From Lingula anatina (lineage: Eukaryota; Animalia; Brachiopoda), in the NCBI GenBank assembly GCA_051362555.1, contig CM120647.1, forward strand, positions 12,996,651 to 13,060,650: a DNA stretch of 64,000 nt. The letters run 5' to 3'. A model generated the notes under the pieces. The model saw only the letters and a list, made by a program, of their open reading frames with translations, did not search any database and was not told the origin of the DNA. The translations under genes were made by a program, and so were the position numbers. Of the stretch, positions 37,711 to 51,978 are shown piece after piece; the stretch's first letter is position 1; every line of letters starts with the position of its first letter.

Positions 37711-40700
37711 ATAAGTATTATAACATTAAAGTATGTATATGTTTAGCAAATGTTTTCCCCCAAAAAACACCAGTAAGAGTTTTGGATTTTAGTAAAATAA
37801 ATAAATATAATATCTGTATTTGACACTAAAAAAAAACTTTTCATGATTATTTTGTCTTTCCAGGAGAGAACATATCGACGTGTTGCAGTCCAGATCAGAT
37901 CTACACACTACAGAAGAACATGGGGGTCCCCAGTCAGCTGATAGGGCGATGTCCGTCCTGTTACTCCAACTTCCGCAAACTCTACTGCGACTTTACCTGC
38001 AGCGCCACCCACAGCAGTTTCTTAAGAGTCGATCAAGTCATTCCCGTTTTAAACCTCGTGAATCAAGTCACATATTTCATCGATGAAGGTTTTGCAGACA
38101 GGATGTTTAACTCGTGTAAGGATGTCGTCATGCCGAGTAACAACGAGAAGGCGATGTCAGTGTTGTGCGGTAACGCAAACTGCAACGCCAAGAAGTGGTT
38201 GAACTTCATGGGAAATCCCATCAACTCCCCTTTTCAGATTCATTACATAATGTCTGGGTTGCCTCCCGGCTACGAAACCTTTAATATCAGCACAACTCCA
38301 TGTTACGAGGCGGTAGATGACGACAGTTTGGCGTGTAGTTGTCAGGATTGCCCCAAAGCGTGCGGGCCTGAACCCACCCCCAAACCTCCTCCACCCAAAT
38401 GTTACATCTTAGGGATCGACTGTGCCTTTTTCATCATGGGATGCATCTTCATAGGCTTCTTCTTAGTTTTCATCATAGGCAACATCTTTTATTACATCAT
38501 CTGTAAGAACACGTTGGGAGTCAACCGACAGGATGATTTGGAAGAAAATGACTGGGCGATCAACAGCGACAGCAGTGACACTGTCCCAGTCCTCAAGCCT
38601 GGGGCCGCGCAGCGGAGAATCATCGGGAAACACGAGATCAACTGCTTGGAGAAAATTGGCTTCCACCTGGACAGATGGCTTCAGAAGATTTTCACCAAAT
38701 GGGGCACCTTTGTGGCCAGGCGTCCCCTGGTGGTGCTGATAATTGGCCTCCTCTTGTGTGTGGCTCTCGGCTGTGGTCTGCTCAAACTCTCCGTCATTGT
38801 GGATCCTGTTCAGTTGTGGTCAGCTCCCAAAAGTGTGGCCAGGACACAAAAGGATTATTTTGATCAACATTTTGGGTAAGATTTCTGTTACTTTATAGGT
38901 GTTACAAAAATACTTTGATCAACATTTTGCTTTAAGATTTTAGTTACTTTGTAGGTGTTATAAAATTACTTTGATCGTCAGTTTGTGTAAGATTTCAGAT
39001 ACTATTATATGAGGTGTTATGAAGATTATGTTGAGCAACATTTTGGGTTAGCTGTTACTAGAATTTGTAGAGTAATTCTGTAATGGGTTTTATTTACTTT
39101 CGTTCATTCACTAAACTGGTGTAAGAAAAATAACTTAGTAGATGAACAATATGCCTTTGATTGAAGTGCCCTCAGTGCTTGCATTTTCAACTCCTGTCAG
39201 GGATGTATAAGTAAATATGTCTTCATTCCAGGCCATTTTATCGCACAGAGCAGCTCATCATTACGCCTAAGAATCAGTCAAAATGGTGGAGAACCAACCT
39301 CGATCCTTACTCCCCAGGAGAAACCCTGATTGGGCCTGTGTTTAAAAAGGAGTTTTTGTTGGAGGTAGGGGAGGAATTACAACTTAAAACTTAAGCCCTT
39401 TTCATATTGCATGTTACACTTACACTGTGTTTTTGTATTAAAATTATGAAAATTGACAAGTTAAAAGCCCAGCTTTTAGAGTCATCTAAAAAGAGCTCTC
39501 CACACTGCTAGTTAGATTAATTTTGATTGGTCTAAGTAGTTAGAAGCCAAAATTGTAAAAGGGCGCAAAATTAGCATATTGGCATAATAATTAGCATAAT
39601 AATAATAATAACATGTGACCATCTGAGTGAATATTTACAGATGTGTAAAACAGTGTAAAGAGAGCCACAGACACAGATGGATGAAGTGTGGTAAATCAAA
39701 TGACCTTCATTTCAAAAGTAGACCCCAGTATGAGAATTAGCAATAGTAATTCCATCTTTATCTTTAAAATGAAAAAGGCACCCTATTTCAACAAACCAAG
39801 GGTTTCTTCAGGATTTGGGGTACAGGAAGTTGAAAATGTGATTATGTAATTTGGTCATTGATTTACTGGGAATCCAACCCAAGCAAGCCTAACCAACCAA
39901 CCCAAAATTTTTAAAAGCCATCCACCATCTCTGAAAATGTAAGCCGTCTTTTGAGGCTAATGACTGTCCAATTATTAGCTTGACACATCTGTGGGGAGAG
40001 CCTTGCACCACACTCATAATCATTTCTTCTCCTTCAGATCCTGGACCTCCAGACCAAGATCACATCTCTGGTTGCTCAGGACAAGGAAACCAACGTGACG
40101 ATCAGCCTGGAAGACATCTGCTACAAGCCTCTCAGTCCCGACAACAACCACTGCACCATCATGTCTGTCCTGAACTACTTCCAGAATAACGTCACCCGCC
40201 TGGAGTACACCGCCTGGGATGGATACCACCTCCAGGAACTGGGCGACTATTTCGACCATCTCTTGTCCTGTGCCAGGTGGGTAGGGCATGCTGTAGGTTT
40301 GTTTGTTTGTTAAGAAATGAAGTGAAATAAAGAAGCTAAGGAGTGTGTGTGTGTGTGTGTGTGTGCGTGTGTGCATGTGTGGGAGAGAGATTCAGGACCC
40401 CGTATCTCGAAAGCATCGCGTATTGCGAATCGCTATATTAAATAGAGGCTACAATGTATTTTATGGGACAAGTTATGGAATCGAGACGCTTGCGCACGGT
40501 CGCAACATAGCAAAGCTTTCGAGATACGGGTCCCTGATTGATTTATTTCAGATTGCCTTCACATATTAAGTTAGTACATTCATACAGAACTAAACCTTAT
40601 CATCACACAAGTAAATAGATAACACAGTTTCAGAAATACATAAATATATTGAGAGAGAGACACACTTCTTGTAATTATTATCTAATATTAAATTTTCTAT

Positions 40701-41209
40701 ATTCACAGAGGTCCAACCAATCCCACAGATACTGCTCTGACTAAGTTACCTTGCCTTGCAGAGTTTGGAGGGCCAGTGTTACCTTGGGTGGCTTTGGGAG
40801 GATTTGAAGGTAGTGTCTTGATCTGTGTTGCCATCTATCCTATTGTGTATTTTGTTGGAAATTGAAAGGCATGAGTGATGAGTGAAATAAACCCTTTGAC
40901 ACTACAGTAGAAAGGAATTATAACAAAAAGCACAACCCTTGAATGAGAAGCTGAATTCAATGTCTCTTGTAAATTAATTTCTTTTTGTTGATATTTACAT
41001 GTACAATTTATGTTTTATATCAATATTAGGTGACAATTATGAAGATGCTACAGCTTTGGTTGTCACCTTTATTGTCAACAATCATGTGAAGGACAGCGAC
41101 CAAAAAAATGCCACGTTGTGGGAGCAGGTGTACTTGGACTTTATGAAGGAATACGTGAAGAAGGATAGGGATTTTACTGTGGCTTACTCAGCTGAGGTGG
41201 GGTTTCTCT

Positions 41210-41260
<51 letters not shown>

Positions 41261-44200
41261 AACAACACTCAGATCAAACCACAAATTGAAATGAATTATT
41301 GTTTCTTTATGTATCTCTCTCTCAGACCCCTTGTTTTTCATATATTTTAGGTTTTGTATAATGCAATTTATTGATAGATTTATCCATTTTTGCAGCGTTC
41401 CATTCAAGACGAGATCAACAGAGAGAGCAACTCTGATGTCTTGACCATATTAATAAGCTACTTGATCATGTTTGCATACATCACTATATCGCTAGGAGAG
41501 GCCAACAGCTGTGATACAGTCAGATTACTGGTAAGTCTTGAGAGAGAGAGAATAGTATCTATCAGTGTTAGAAATTAAGGGTGGATCGTCTGCCAGGGGC
41601 TGCTGACAACTTTCAGAATGGGCTGAGAAGTTTTCCCACCTGGCAGACATTCAATCCAGCTACTTTTCAAGATGGCTGGACTTTCGGTCCAGCAACTAAT
41701 TTTCCTAAGAGGCAAACACTGGTGTATATGGTAGAGACAGTTTATCTTTTAAAAAAAGTTCCAATGGTCTAAGAAACAGAGTAAGTGATGATGACTAAAT
41801 AGTGTGTATTTATTTCTGTTTCAGATTGACAGTAAGATCACTCTGGGTTTCGCGGGAGTTCTCATCGTGTTTCTGTCCGTGATCAGCTCACTGGGGTTCT
41901 ACAGTTACATAGGTGTCCCCATGACCCTCATCATCATTGAGGTCATCCCCTTCCTCGTCCTGGCCGTCGGGGTGGATAACATCTTCATACTGGTACAGGC
42001 CTACCAAGTAAGTGTAGGGCAAAGTTTTGTTTAAGAATTGATTCTGAAGTCATCGCCAAGTTTGTGCTTGGACCTGTAGCCAGCAATTTCTGAAGAGGGG
42101 TTCTTTTTCTGAAAATGTGGACCTTTGTTACACTCCTTAGTTGACCTGCATTTACATAAAACATGGAATCAAGATAAGATGTCAGATTCAGAGCAGTTTT
42201 ATCCATTCCCCTCCCCCTTATCTATTAAAAGTTGCAATTATATAAGTTTCTTAAAAAAACAGCTAAGTATAGGCTTTTATCTCCAGCATTTCACTCACCT
42301 CGACAAGCAAGACACACTCACCAGGGAATGAGACAACTAAATAGTTGAAAACTTATGAATATTTAAATACATCACATTAATTTATCTTGTTATCTCCAGC
42401 GCTCCCAGCGCCGCCACAACGAGTCCAGAGAGGAGCAGCTGGGGAGAATTGTGGGTAAAGTGGGCCCCAGTATGCTGTTGACCAGCTCCTCTGAAACCCT
42501 CGCCTTTTTCTTGGGTGAGTTGTTTGAATATGTCAGTGTATCTGATATTAGCATGCAGTAACCTTGCTCAAATAGACTGCAGTTTCAGTAGTTACATATG
42601 CATGCACAAACATATATTTCATATCTTAAAATCACCAGCATGTGAATAATTTTTGTTATTACCACCTCACCTTGCACTGTCAAGTTGCTGAAGATCAGAG
42701 GTATTCATGTGCAAATACACATAATGTGCATACATACACACATACATGCACATGCACTTGATTCTGTGTTGTTTGAGGTAAATATTATACAAATATGAAG
42801 TAATTTATGTGTAATAATTTATGTGTAATGATATATATTTATTAGTAATAACTTCTAAGTTGAAGTAATTTTAAACCAAACCCTTGACCTCCATCTCCCT
42901 CTTCCCCCCCAGGTGCCTTGATAGACATGCCAGCTGTGAGGATCTTCTCTCTGTACGCCGCCCAGGCAGTGCTCTTCAACTTCCTGCTACAGATTTCAGT
43001 GTTTGTGGCACTTCTGTCTCTAGATGTCAAGAGACAAGAGGTAAGTTATTGGGAATATATTTGCTGAGTACCCCAATGATATGATTTTTTTTTTTCTCGT
43101 AGGTTAATCAGTTATTTAAAAGAGCAGGTTGAGATGTGTAGTTTTGAATTGCATAGCATAGTCCTTGTACTCCTGTGTGTTTGATGTCTTTTGTTGTTAA
43201 GACAACAAAGAAAACAAGAAAGTAAATATGTCATAAAGTCTGTTTGATAGTACAGTGATGTTATTGTCTAAGACTAGATAATATGTGCACTATGTTTCAA
43301 GCCACCATCTGTGTACCCTGATCATCATGAAAAGTGAATTATATATTACTTATTATTAAATCTCTAAGCCAGAATACTTCTACAGTTTTATATTTAATTA
43401 CCTGGAACAATATGATAAACTGCTTGTATTTTTATATGATTATCTTTTTGTTATCAGAATAACCGCATTGATGTGGCCTGCTGCATCAAAGTCGGGAAGT
43501 CCATTCCTCCCAAACAGGACAGCTATTTACTGGCCTGCTTCAAGAATTACTATGCACCTTTCCTGATGAGTGACTGGGTCAGGCCTTCTGTGGTATGTAG
43601 ACTTGTATTGTGTTAGGTGTGACTGTGTTTGGGGAAGTGGGTGAGATTGAATTGTTTTGATTGTGCTAGATGAGATACTATCAGTTTGTTGTGTCTCACC
43701 ATCTATGGTGAATACACCAGCATTGTGTAAGGTGTGATAGTGTTTTGAAGAATGGGTGAGATTTTTGTTTTATATTGATTGCATCAGCTGAGACTGTTCT
43801 CTGTGAAACTTCACCACTTGGACTTTGTCACAAGATGGCTTTGAACACAATAATAAATGCAGTGGAAAATGTCAAATGATGGTCAAAAGTATTACAGTTA
43901 TATTATTGTTAAGTACAAATAATTATGAGTTGTTTGATAAATATTTAGGATAGATTTTGAAATCATTTTTTCCTCATTTTCTTTCAGATTGTGATATTTG
44001 TTGGCTGGTGCTGTGCCAGTCTTGCCATGGTGCCTAAGTTAAGCACTGGCTTGGATCAGAAACTGTCCATGCCCAGAGTAAGTACACATACTAAGTATGT
44101 AAGCTTCACAAATATGTAAGCTTCAGTTGGGTTAAGGGGAGTGGTACAGGTACAGGTAATAGGAAAATTTGCCTGAGGACCTTGTCCATATGACACAATG

Positions 44201-45736
44201 TTTTGAGTATTTACGCGTGTTGCATTTGTGCCACAAGTATCCAGTCAAAGTAATTTTCTATGAATTGCTTGCACAGTGTCTCCCTCGAAATGAATATAAT
44301 GGGTGCTTATTGCATATCATTAAAAATTCATAATATAGATTATGAATGATGGTTTTCCAGGGTTCTTCCAAAACAATTTGTTGAAAATTGATTACAAAAA
44401 ATATTAGTTTCAAGGATTCTCACAGTACATCTGTTGAAAAATAAACACAAAGAATTATAATTGTTTATCCAGGATTCTTATGTTCTGACCTACTTTGACG
44501 CCATGGCCAAGTACCTGTCAGTGGGTCCACCCGTCTACTTTGTGGTGAAGGACGGGTATGATTACAGCACTCTGGAGGGACAGAACTGGATATGTGGACT
44601 ACCTGGCTGTCATCAGGACTCACTGATTGGACAGATTTCACTGGCTTCAAAGTTTAGTAATGTGTAAGGGACAAGCTTGAATTTCATTTGTTTATTTTAT
44701 TTTATTTTATTTTATTTTATTTTATTTTATTTTATTTTATTTTATTTTATTTTTGCTTGCTGAGATAAAGTTTGACTGGGTTGAAGAATTAAGAATATGT
44801 TAATAAGAAATATTTTTTATGCCGACCAAATGTTTGAAATTTATTGGTTTCATTTTTGAAAACATATGAAAAGACAAATAGCTGTTAATAGTTCTGTGCA
44901 AAACTTTGTTAGCCAGACTACATTAATAATAATAATAATGATTTTTATTTGCAACTAAAAGTTGGATGGTACATACTTAATTATAGTAAAATGGTAATTC
45001 CAAATAAATCATTGAAATATATTACATTTTAAAAGATGTTAAAAGACATTTTCATTATAAAGAAATGCATTAAAAATGAATCTTTGGTTGTATTTACTGA
45101 TGTCCATGTGTTGTGTCCAGCTCCAGGATAGCCCAGCCTGCCAGCTCCTGGCTAGATGACTACTTTGCCTGGTTAAAACCTGGAGGAAGTCCTCCTTGCT
45201 GTCGAGCCATCAAAGATGACCATGGGAAGGAGGTGCTCTGTCCCTCACTAGGTCAGTGTGGTCTGTTGTCACACCTAACACATTCAGGGTGTTGTCTGTC
45301 TTGTCTTATGTATGTTGCTGTCTTACCTAATGCATTCAATATGTTCTCTGTCTTGTCTTATTTGTGCTGCTGTCACACCTAACACATTTCTGTCATTGTC
45401 AAATCTAACACATTCAATGTGTTCTCTGCCGTGTCTAATGTGCGTTGTTGTCAAATTTATGACATTTTCAATTGAGATTCAGGTTATATGAGATTAGTCA
45501 GGTTCCTGACTATGATTTTCAAATGAATGGCAATTTTCTTGTGATTTTACTCACTTGATGTTGCCTGATGGTGCTGTTTTTTATTCCAGTTGACAACAGT
45601 TCCTGTTACAAGTGTAATACCAGTATCACTCGGGACCATCCTGATAAAGACACCTTTGTCCGCTACTTGCCTTGGTTTCTGGAGGATAACCCAGGAATCA
45701 AGTGTGCCAAGGGGTAAGTGTGCAGTACCTCCCCTC

Positions 45737-45796
<60 letters not shown>

Positions 45797-45946
45797 CCAA
45801 AGAAAAACTGTCAGTCTTAAGTGCATTATATTAATATTTCTTCGCTTTATTATTATTATTATTTCCAGAGGTCATGCTGCCTATGGCCAGGCCGTCCATT
45901 TCAATGACGCAGCCAAAACCCAGATTGGAGGTAAGACAACTTCACA

Positions 45947-45997
<51 letters not shown>

Positions 45998-48900
45998 GAT
46001 TGAACTTGGCAAAACACATAATTACAGTTGAGAAAGAAAATGAAGAGTCTTTCGAATTCCTACAGAAGGAACACAAAGAGGGGTTTCCATAAGTGTTTTT
46101 CAAAACCTGATTTTTTCCCTGATTGCCACACAGTATTATGTAAACAAGAACACTAGGAAAAAAAGAGAAAAAATTACTTTGAAAAATTACTTAATTTTCC
46201 TTTTTAGGCAGCTACTTCATGTCCTACCATACGATCCTGAAAACCTCACAGGACTATATCGAGGCTTTGCGCTATGCAAGGCAAGTAGCGAATAACATCA
46301 CCAAAGCAATGAATGACGCCATGACAGGCACTGAGGAAGAGGTGGCTTACAAGTACAGCGCCCAGGGAAACATGGAGGGGAATATCACATTGGAGAAGCA
46401 CAAGAACAAAAAGAAATTTGAGGTGTATCCATACAGGTGAGTAGATGGAAGTCTATAGATGTATTGTATATTTTTTTTTTTTAATATTTACTGGTTCATG
46501 AAAATTATTTAATAATTTATACATATAAAGATGGCAAATCTCAAAGAACCTAAAAATACAACTAATTAACTAATATAACAATTAATTAATATATGTCTAA
46601 TGATGATGGAAAAGAGAAAAATATTAAATTTAATCTTCTTCTTCTGACTTTATCTTCCTAATTTTAAAAGTACTTGATTGTATTTGACAATGTTAACCTA
46701 ATCTTTGGTATGCTCAAATTTCAGCGTCTTCTACGTTTTCTACGAGCAGTATCTGCTTATTGTAAAAGACACCTGGTTCAACTTGACGCTGTGTGGAGTA
46801 GCCATCTTGGTCGTGACCTTTGTGCTGCTTGGGTTTGACCTTTACTCAGCCATCTTGGTTATCTTGACAATCAGTATGATCGAGATCAGCATGTTTGGAA
46901 TGATGCATCTTTGGGGGATCGATCTCAACGCAGTGTCTTTGGTCAATTTGATCATGGTAAGAGTGGTCAGAATGCTCTTCAGCTACTGTCAGTTTAATAT
47001 GATCTTAATGCTCTGTTCTTTGGTCAGTAAAATTCTAGTGTAAATGATTATCTAGTTCTCAATGAAAATAGCCTCAAACTATAGACCATGAACATGATAT
47101 TGGACTGATTATCTCATCTTCTGTTCTATTGTGTTAATTTGGTATATCACGTCAGATTTAACAATAATGATAATTAGTCTTATATGCCATATCTACTATT
47201 CTGTTGTTTTGGTACATGCATATTATATGTAGACAACGATATTCTCAAAAGTAACATTATTCTCACATCCTCTATGCTAGTATGTTGGTATAATATCTGA
47301 TGTACTATTCTAGTGTATTGGTACTCAGGGGCAGATCCAGAGATATTTTCTGACAGTCTTCCAAATTATCTTTGGTGGTCCGTCCTCCATTTTTGACCGT
47401 CTTCCCACAGAAAAAAAATTAGATACCCGTCAATGTAAACTTGAAAATCTGACCGTCTTTCAGAAGACCTAGAAGATGACCTAAATCCACCCCTGGTACT
47501 TGTATTCACATGTCTACAATGATATACTGGAAAATAATATTATTATTATCTGGTTTTCTATTCCAGTGTGTTGGTATATCCGTAGAGTTTTGCTCTCACA
47601 TCGTACGGGCGTTTGCAGTCAGCATACGAAACTCTCGAGTGGAGAGAGCCAAGGATGCTCTAGCACATATGGGTAGCTCAGTGAGTATTAGTGGATTTTT
47701 TCCTATAATTTTATTTTCAGATTTTTATTGCACAGCAAACAAAAAACACACGTATTTAGGATATTTTATTATTGATAAATATATGATTTGTTATTAATTT
47801 ATTATCTAGGGTCACATTTTTTTAAATATTTTAGATTTTTACATATCTTGATAGTTGTGTTCCTTAATATTTTTCTTCTGTTAATGATAAGTTTACTGAA
47901 CATTTTTAAAAGGATTTTAGACTTAAATATATAAAATTGTACAGGCAGAGTACAAGAAATTGTTACAAGATGTTATAGAAATATATATACCTTTGAGGCT
48001 GACATTTTCTGGATATTTTGTAGGTTCACTTTCATCTCTGTGTTGATTTATAAAGAATTTTCCATCACACTTTTTCTCTGCTTCAGGTACTGAGTGGTAT
48101 AACACTGACAAAGTTAGGAGGTATTATAGTTCTAGCCTTTTCTAAGTCACAGTTATTCCAAGTCTTCTATTTCCGTATGTACCTTGGAATGGTGCTGTTT
48201 GGGGCGACACACGGCCTCATATTTTTACCAGTTTTACTCAGTTACATAGGTAAGTGAAAACACTATCCTGTTTGATGTGATTGTATTGAAAGATTTTTGT
48301 TTAATGTGTTTCTGTTTCTGTTGTTTGTGTGCCATTTTTTTAAACATAGACTTTGGCATCTATCTCTGTATAACTCACTTGTAACGCAAAGTAGAATGCA
48401 TTAACTTTTATGCCATTTCTTAATAACAAAGAGAAGAAATAAAAAAACGTTACTTTGCAATTTAAAGACTGATGACTGTCTCAGTTAATCTAAATCACTG
48501 TTGCATAATTGTAAATATTGCTTCTAGTATCTTCAATTCTTAGCAACTATGAGGTTTATGGAATCAGGGGAGGGTGTATATATTCAAATGATCTCAAATT
48601 AGTTAACACTGGGCTGGCTCCAGTTTCACTAAAGAACTTCACTTAAAAGTTGGTCTTATTTCTAGTGGCAATTTTTTTTGGTCAGCTTCAAGATAAACCT
48701 GACAAAGTTGGAGTAGACTTATTTACATCATTATTGCCATGTCATTGTGGTTTGATTTTTGCTATCGTTTAATTATATTTTTCTTGTCAAAACATTGGTC
48801 ATTTCTCACTTTTAAAATAAAGTTATAAAATTTTTTTATGGAGTTGGACTATGGCTGGTTTATTTTAAGTGAAACTTTGGACCAACTTTCTACTGAAGTT

Positions 48901-50350
48901 CTCTGGTGACTCCCCTTGTGTAGTGCCAAGGCTAACATCATACATGTAGTAAACATTACACTGGACTAAAACCGAAAGTAGACTAATTGGCATCACCATA
49001 TTTTTCATAATTGGATTTTTTGGTATCTTTGATTTTTCATTCATTTATTTTACAATGTGATGCACACATTTTAGTCTATTTTTTGTCCAGACAGGGATGA
49101 AGCTTCTGATTCAGTGATTTATGATATAAGTTAGATAAAGATGGAATAGTGAATGACATGCATACTTAATCTTTTGCTTCAAACATACTGTAGCATGGGG
49201 GTCAATATAAGTCCCAAATTTATCTTACGTTAAAATAAACAGATATTTCAAAACATTCACTTTGATGAAGGATACCTCGCAGCTCACTGCTCATTGCCAA
49301 GTATAACATATTTACATCTAACAAAACATGATATCCTATATAAATCTTTGCCTATCAAGACTAGGACAGCTTAATCCTTTCAGTAGCTTTTAGCTTTGCT
49401 CAGCATCCTTAAGAATGCCCCACCTAATATCCATCTGACTTTATCAACAATAGTTGATAACCACTGTTCCATCATGCCATGAGAACTGCATTGTGTTGTA
49501 CTGTCACACCCAACACAATGTTGTGAAAGCCTGTCACACCTAACGCAATGAACACAATGTTGTGATTCACTGTCTCACCAAACACAATGTCAAACCCATT
49601 TTATCCTTACATATATCCTGTTACTCCAAGTTCCTGACTTATCATTTAATTTATCTTCACATGTTTAGGGCCCCTCAACCAGTTTCTGGAGGCACCTTGG
49701 CTAAAGAGGTTCCCAAGCTTTTATTTAATACCAATAAAAATAATAGAAATGATTATGAAAATAATAATTTATTTTCTAAAATATCCTCATGGTCTCACCA
49801 AGTCTTGATAAAGCTGTTATCACAGTTATCCATGTATCTTTAAGTATTCTGCAGATAAACATCAATATTAAAATCATTTTATGATCACTTGATACCAAAA
49901 CCAAAGGCTAAAATACAGGTAATTGTGAGAAGTTAAGATCTTACTCAATCTCCTCCTCCCCCCCCTCCCCCCTCCCATTCTCCAAAATTAACACATCCCT
50001 GTCTACCTGTTCAAGCAGCCACAGTTTCCCTTTTTATCCTCATGTATATTTAACACACCTCTACTGCAAAACTTGTAGAAGTTTTTGATTTCTTTTCCCT
50101 AAGTTGCTTTTTTTTTTTTTTTTTTTTTTTTTTGTAAAACAGCTTATGCATGCTATTATTTCCTAACTCTACATGGCTTTTACCAAGTTTTCTTTCTTCC
50201 TTTTTCATATTTTATCTGAAATACTTTGGTTGTGGATTATTGTTTAAAAATAATATTTAATTTACATTTTTGCATCAGGTAACTGCTCTATTTTTTAGTT
50301 GTCTGCCTTTACTACACTTCACTCCATGGTAAGAAGGCTAGAAATAACAT

Positions 50351-50393
<43 letters not shown>

Positions 50394-51978
50394 TTTTTTG
50401 CCCATAACTTGTTTTTCTTATCCCACCTTTTCCTCATTTCAGGCCCTCCAATTAACAAGGCCATTTTATTTGAAAAACAACAAAAGCACCATGATCGTGT
50501 CACCTATGATGAGAATATTGAAAGGAACAGCAAAAAAGAGCCCACGTCTCGTGTCATAGACACTAGGGATGGGTCATATTCAGATCAGTTGTCTTAAGGT
50601 ATACACAGCCATCAGGGTTATAATTACACAAAATGCAAACACATTACATAATAATTGATACCTTTGCAACACATTGAATAATATAATATCCTTGTGGTAT
50701 AATATTCCTGTGGCCTTTGACCTTTAGAAAATGAATGTGACCTTGACACTTGAAGATTTCACCTTGACCTGGCCAATAGAAATTTCCCATTCTGGTGTGT
50801 TCTTGTTTGGTTCTTAGCTTGTAGGATTCTTTTTGAGTTTGAAACTACCATTCTTTTAGAACAAAAAACCAAAACTCTTACAGCACAATACCTTCTTTTA
50901 CTGATTCTTTATAGTTGTTATATTCTGTTTATTTTGTGAAATATTGTCACTTAGAGTAAATGTTTTGAAAACGGCAATAGTATTCAAGAAATAGAGGGGG
51001 GTTGAAAACAGACAAAACAGCAGACTTATGTTGATGAAAAGTAAATTGTTTCTAAAGAAACTAAACGTTTAGCCCAAATATTTTGAAGGTATCTACAGTT
51101 ATCAGGAAATAGAGAGATTAAACCTTGAAAACAGACAAATCAAAATACTCAAGGTGCATTGCTTTTAATGAATCAAGCAAGTAGAAAGAATTATCACTCG
51201 ATCTGAACTGAGTTGATGTATTGTTTGCTTTGGTAACACTTTCACCTGTCAGGTTTATTTTAAAATCTGGCTGGCTTAAACAGTTTCAAGCCCGTGTACT
51301 TTTATAACAGGTTTTTGCTGCCACAACTAATTGTTGATAATATGCACTGTTGCTGTAGGTAGAGCTGCCATGAGAAGAATAACTTATTGCTCCTAAAATG
51401 TGAACATACTAACTGTCTTGTGTAAACAGTAACATGTTTGAACTAAGCCCAAGATTTGTTTACACCTATCTGTCCCATGCTTTACTCATTTGTCACAATT
51501 TCGAATGTGAAAGAAACATTTGTAAAAAAAAATGTATCACCATGCTGCCACCTATGTTTAATAGCCGTAACAAACACTGTAATAAGATTTAACGTTTGTG
51601 ATAAGAAATGTGAAGCACATGCAGTGGAAACGGAGTTAAAGGTTTCAAAACATTAATATGTAAATGTAAATGTAACTTAACTCGTCTTAGCGCCTGACAT
51701 TTAATTGTTACCCCCAATCCCTGCAGGTCCATAATTTTAACACCAGTATGTAGTCTGTTTTGGCCGCATAAAGTAATTGCAAAAGATAGACTTACAAATT
51801 TCAATTGAGATAAGCTGACATTTATTGAACATTAGCCAATATTACCCACAATGCTAAATTACCCATGATTCTTGCAGGTCCACCGTTGAACAAGGCCACT
51901 CTGTATGCCAGCCAGAAAGATGACAGAGATCAAGGCAAGACCATCGAGAATGTACAGGTCCTTTGTGGTGATACTTGA
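34317..51978 (+). CDS. NPC1: NPC intracellular cholesterol transporter 1, ~1330-1350 aa. Exons: 34317-34370, 37297-37450, 37864-38875, 39232-39364, 40038-40276, 40709-40809, 41030-41196, 41396-41530, 41825-42007, 42400-42514, 42913-43040, 43458-43592, 43988-44077, 44473-44663, 45121-45251, 45590-45713, 45869-45930, 46208-46436, 46725-46956, 47567-47680, 48087-48249, then last exon 50443-50597 or 51878-51978
   Basis: N-terminal domain ([38 protein letters not shown]), DPVQLWSAP...[17 protein letters not shown], sterol-sensing domain ([32 protein letters not shown]), [56 protein letters not shown]. Exon 1 (signal-peptide-like [18 protein letters not shown]) is inferred from phase and position. 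Confidence 0.95.
38850..39060 (+). repeat. Four degenerate ~56-bp copies spanning the NPC1 exon 3 donor
   Basis: Unit attattttgatcaacattttgg|gtaagatttctgttactttataggtgttac recurs with divergence. Confidence 0.85.

Noticed and set aside
45262-45465. Intronic repeats after NPC1 exon 15 as another splice-site duplication
   Set aside because: The units (ctgttgtcacacctaacacattca) begin just inside the intron and do not clearly include the donor, so they were not counted.
49669-49809. Third NPC1 last exon (tttag|GG CCC CTC AAC, giving [11 protein letters not shown]...)
   Set aside because: Similarity to GPPxNKA is only a few residues and the rest is AT-rich low-information sequence; it needs transcript evidence.
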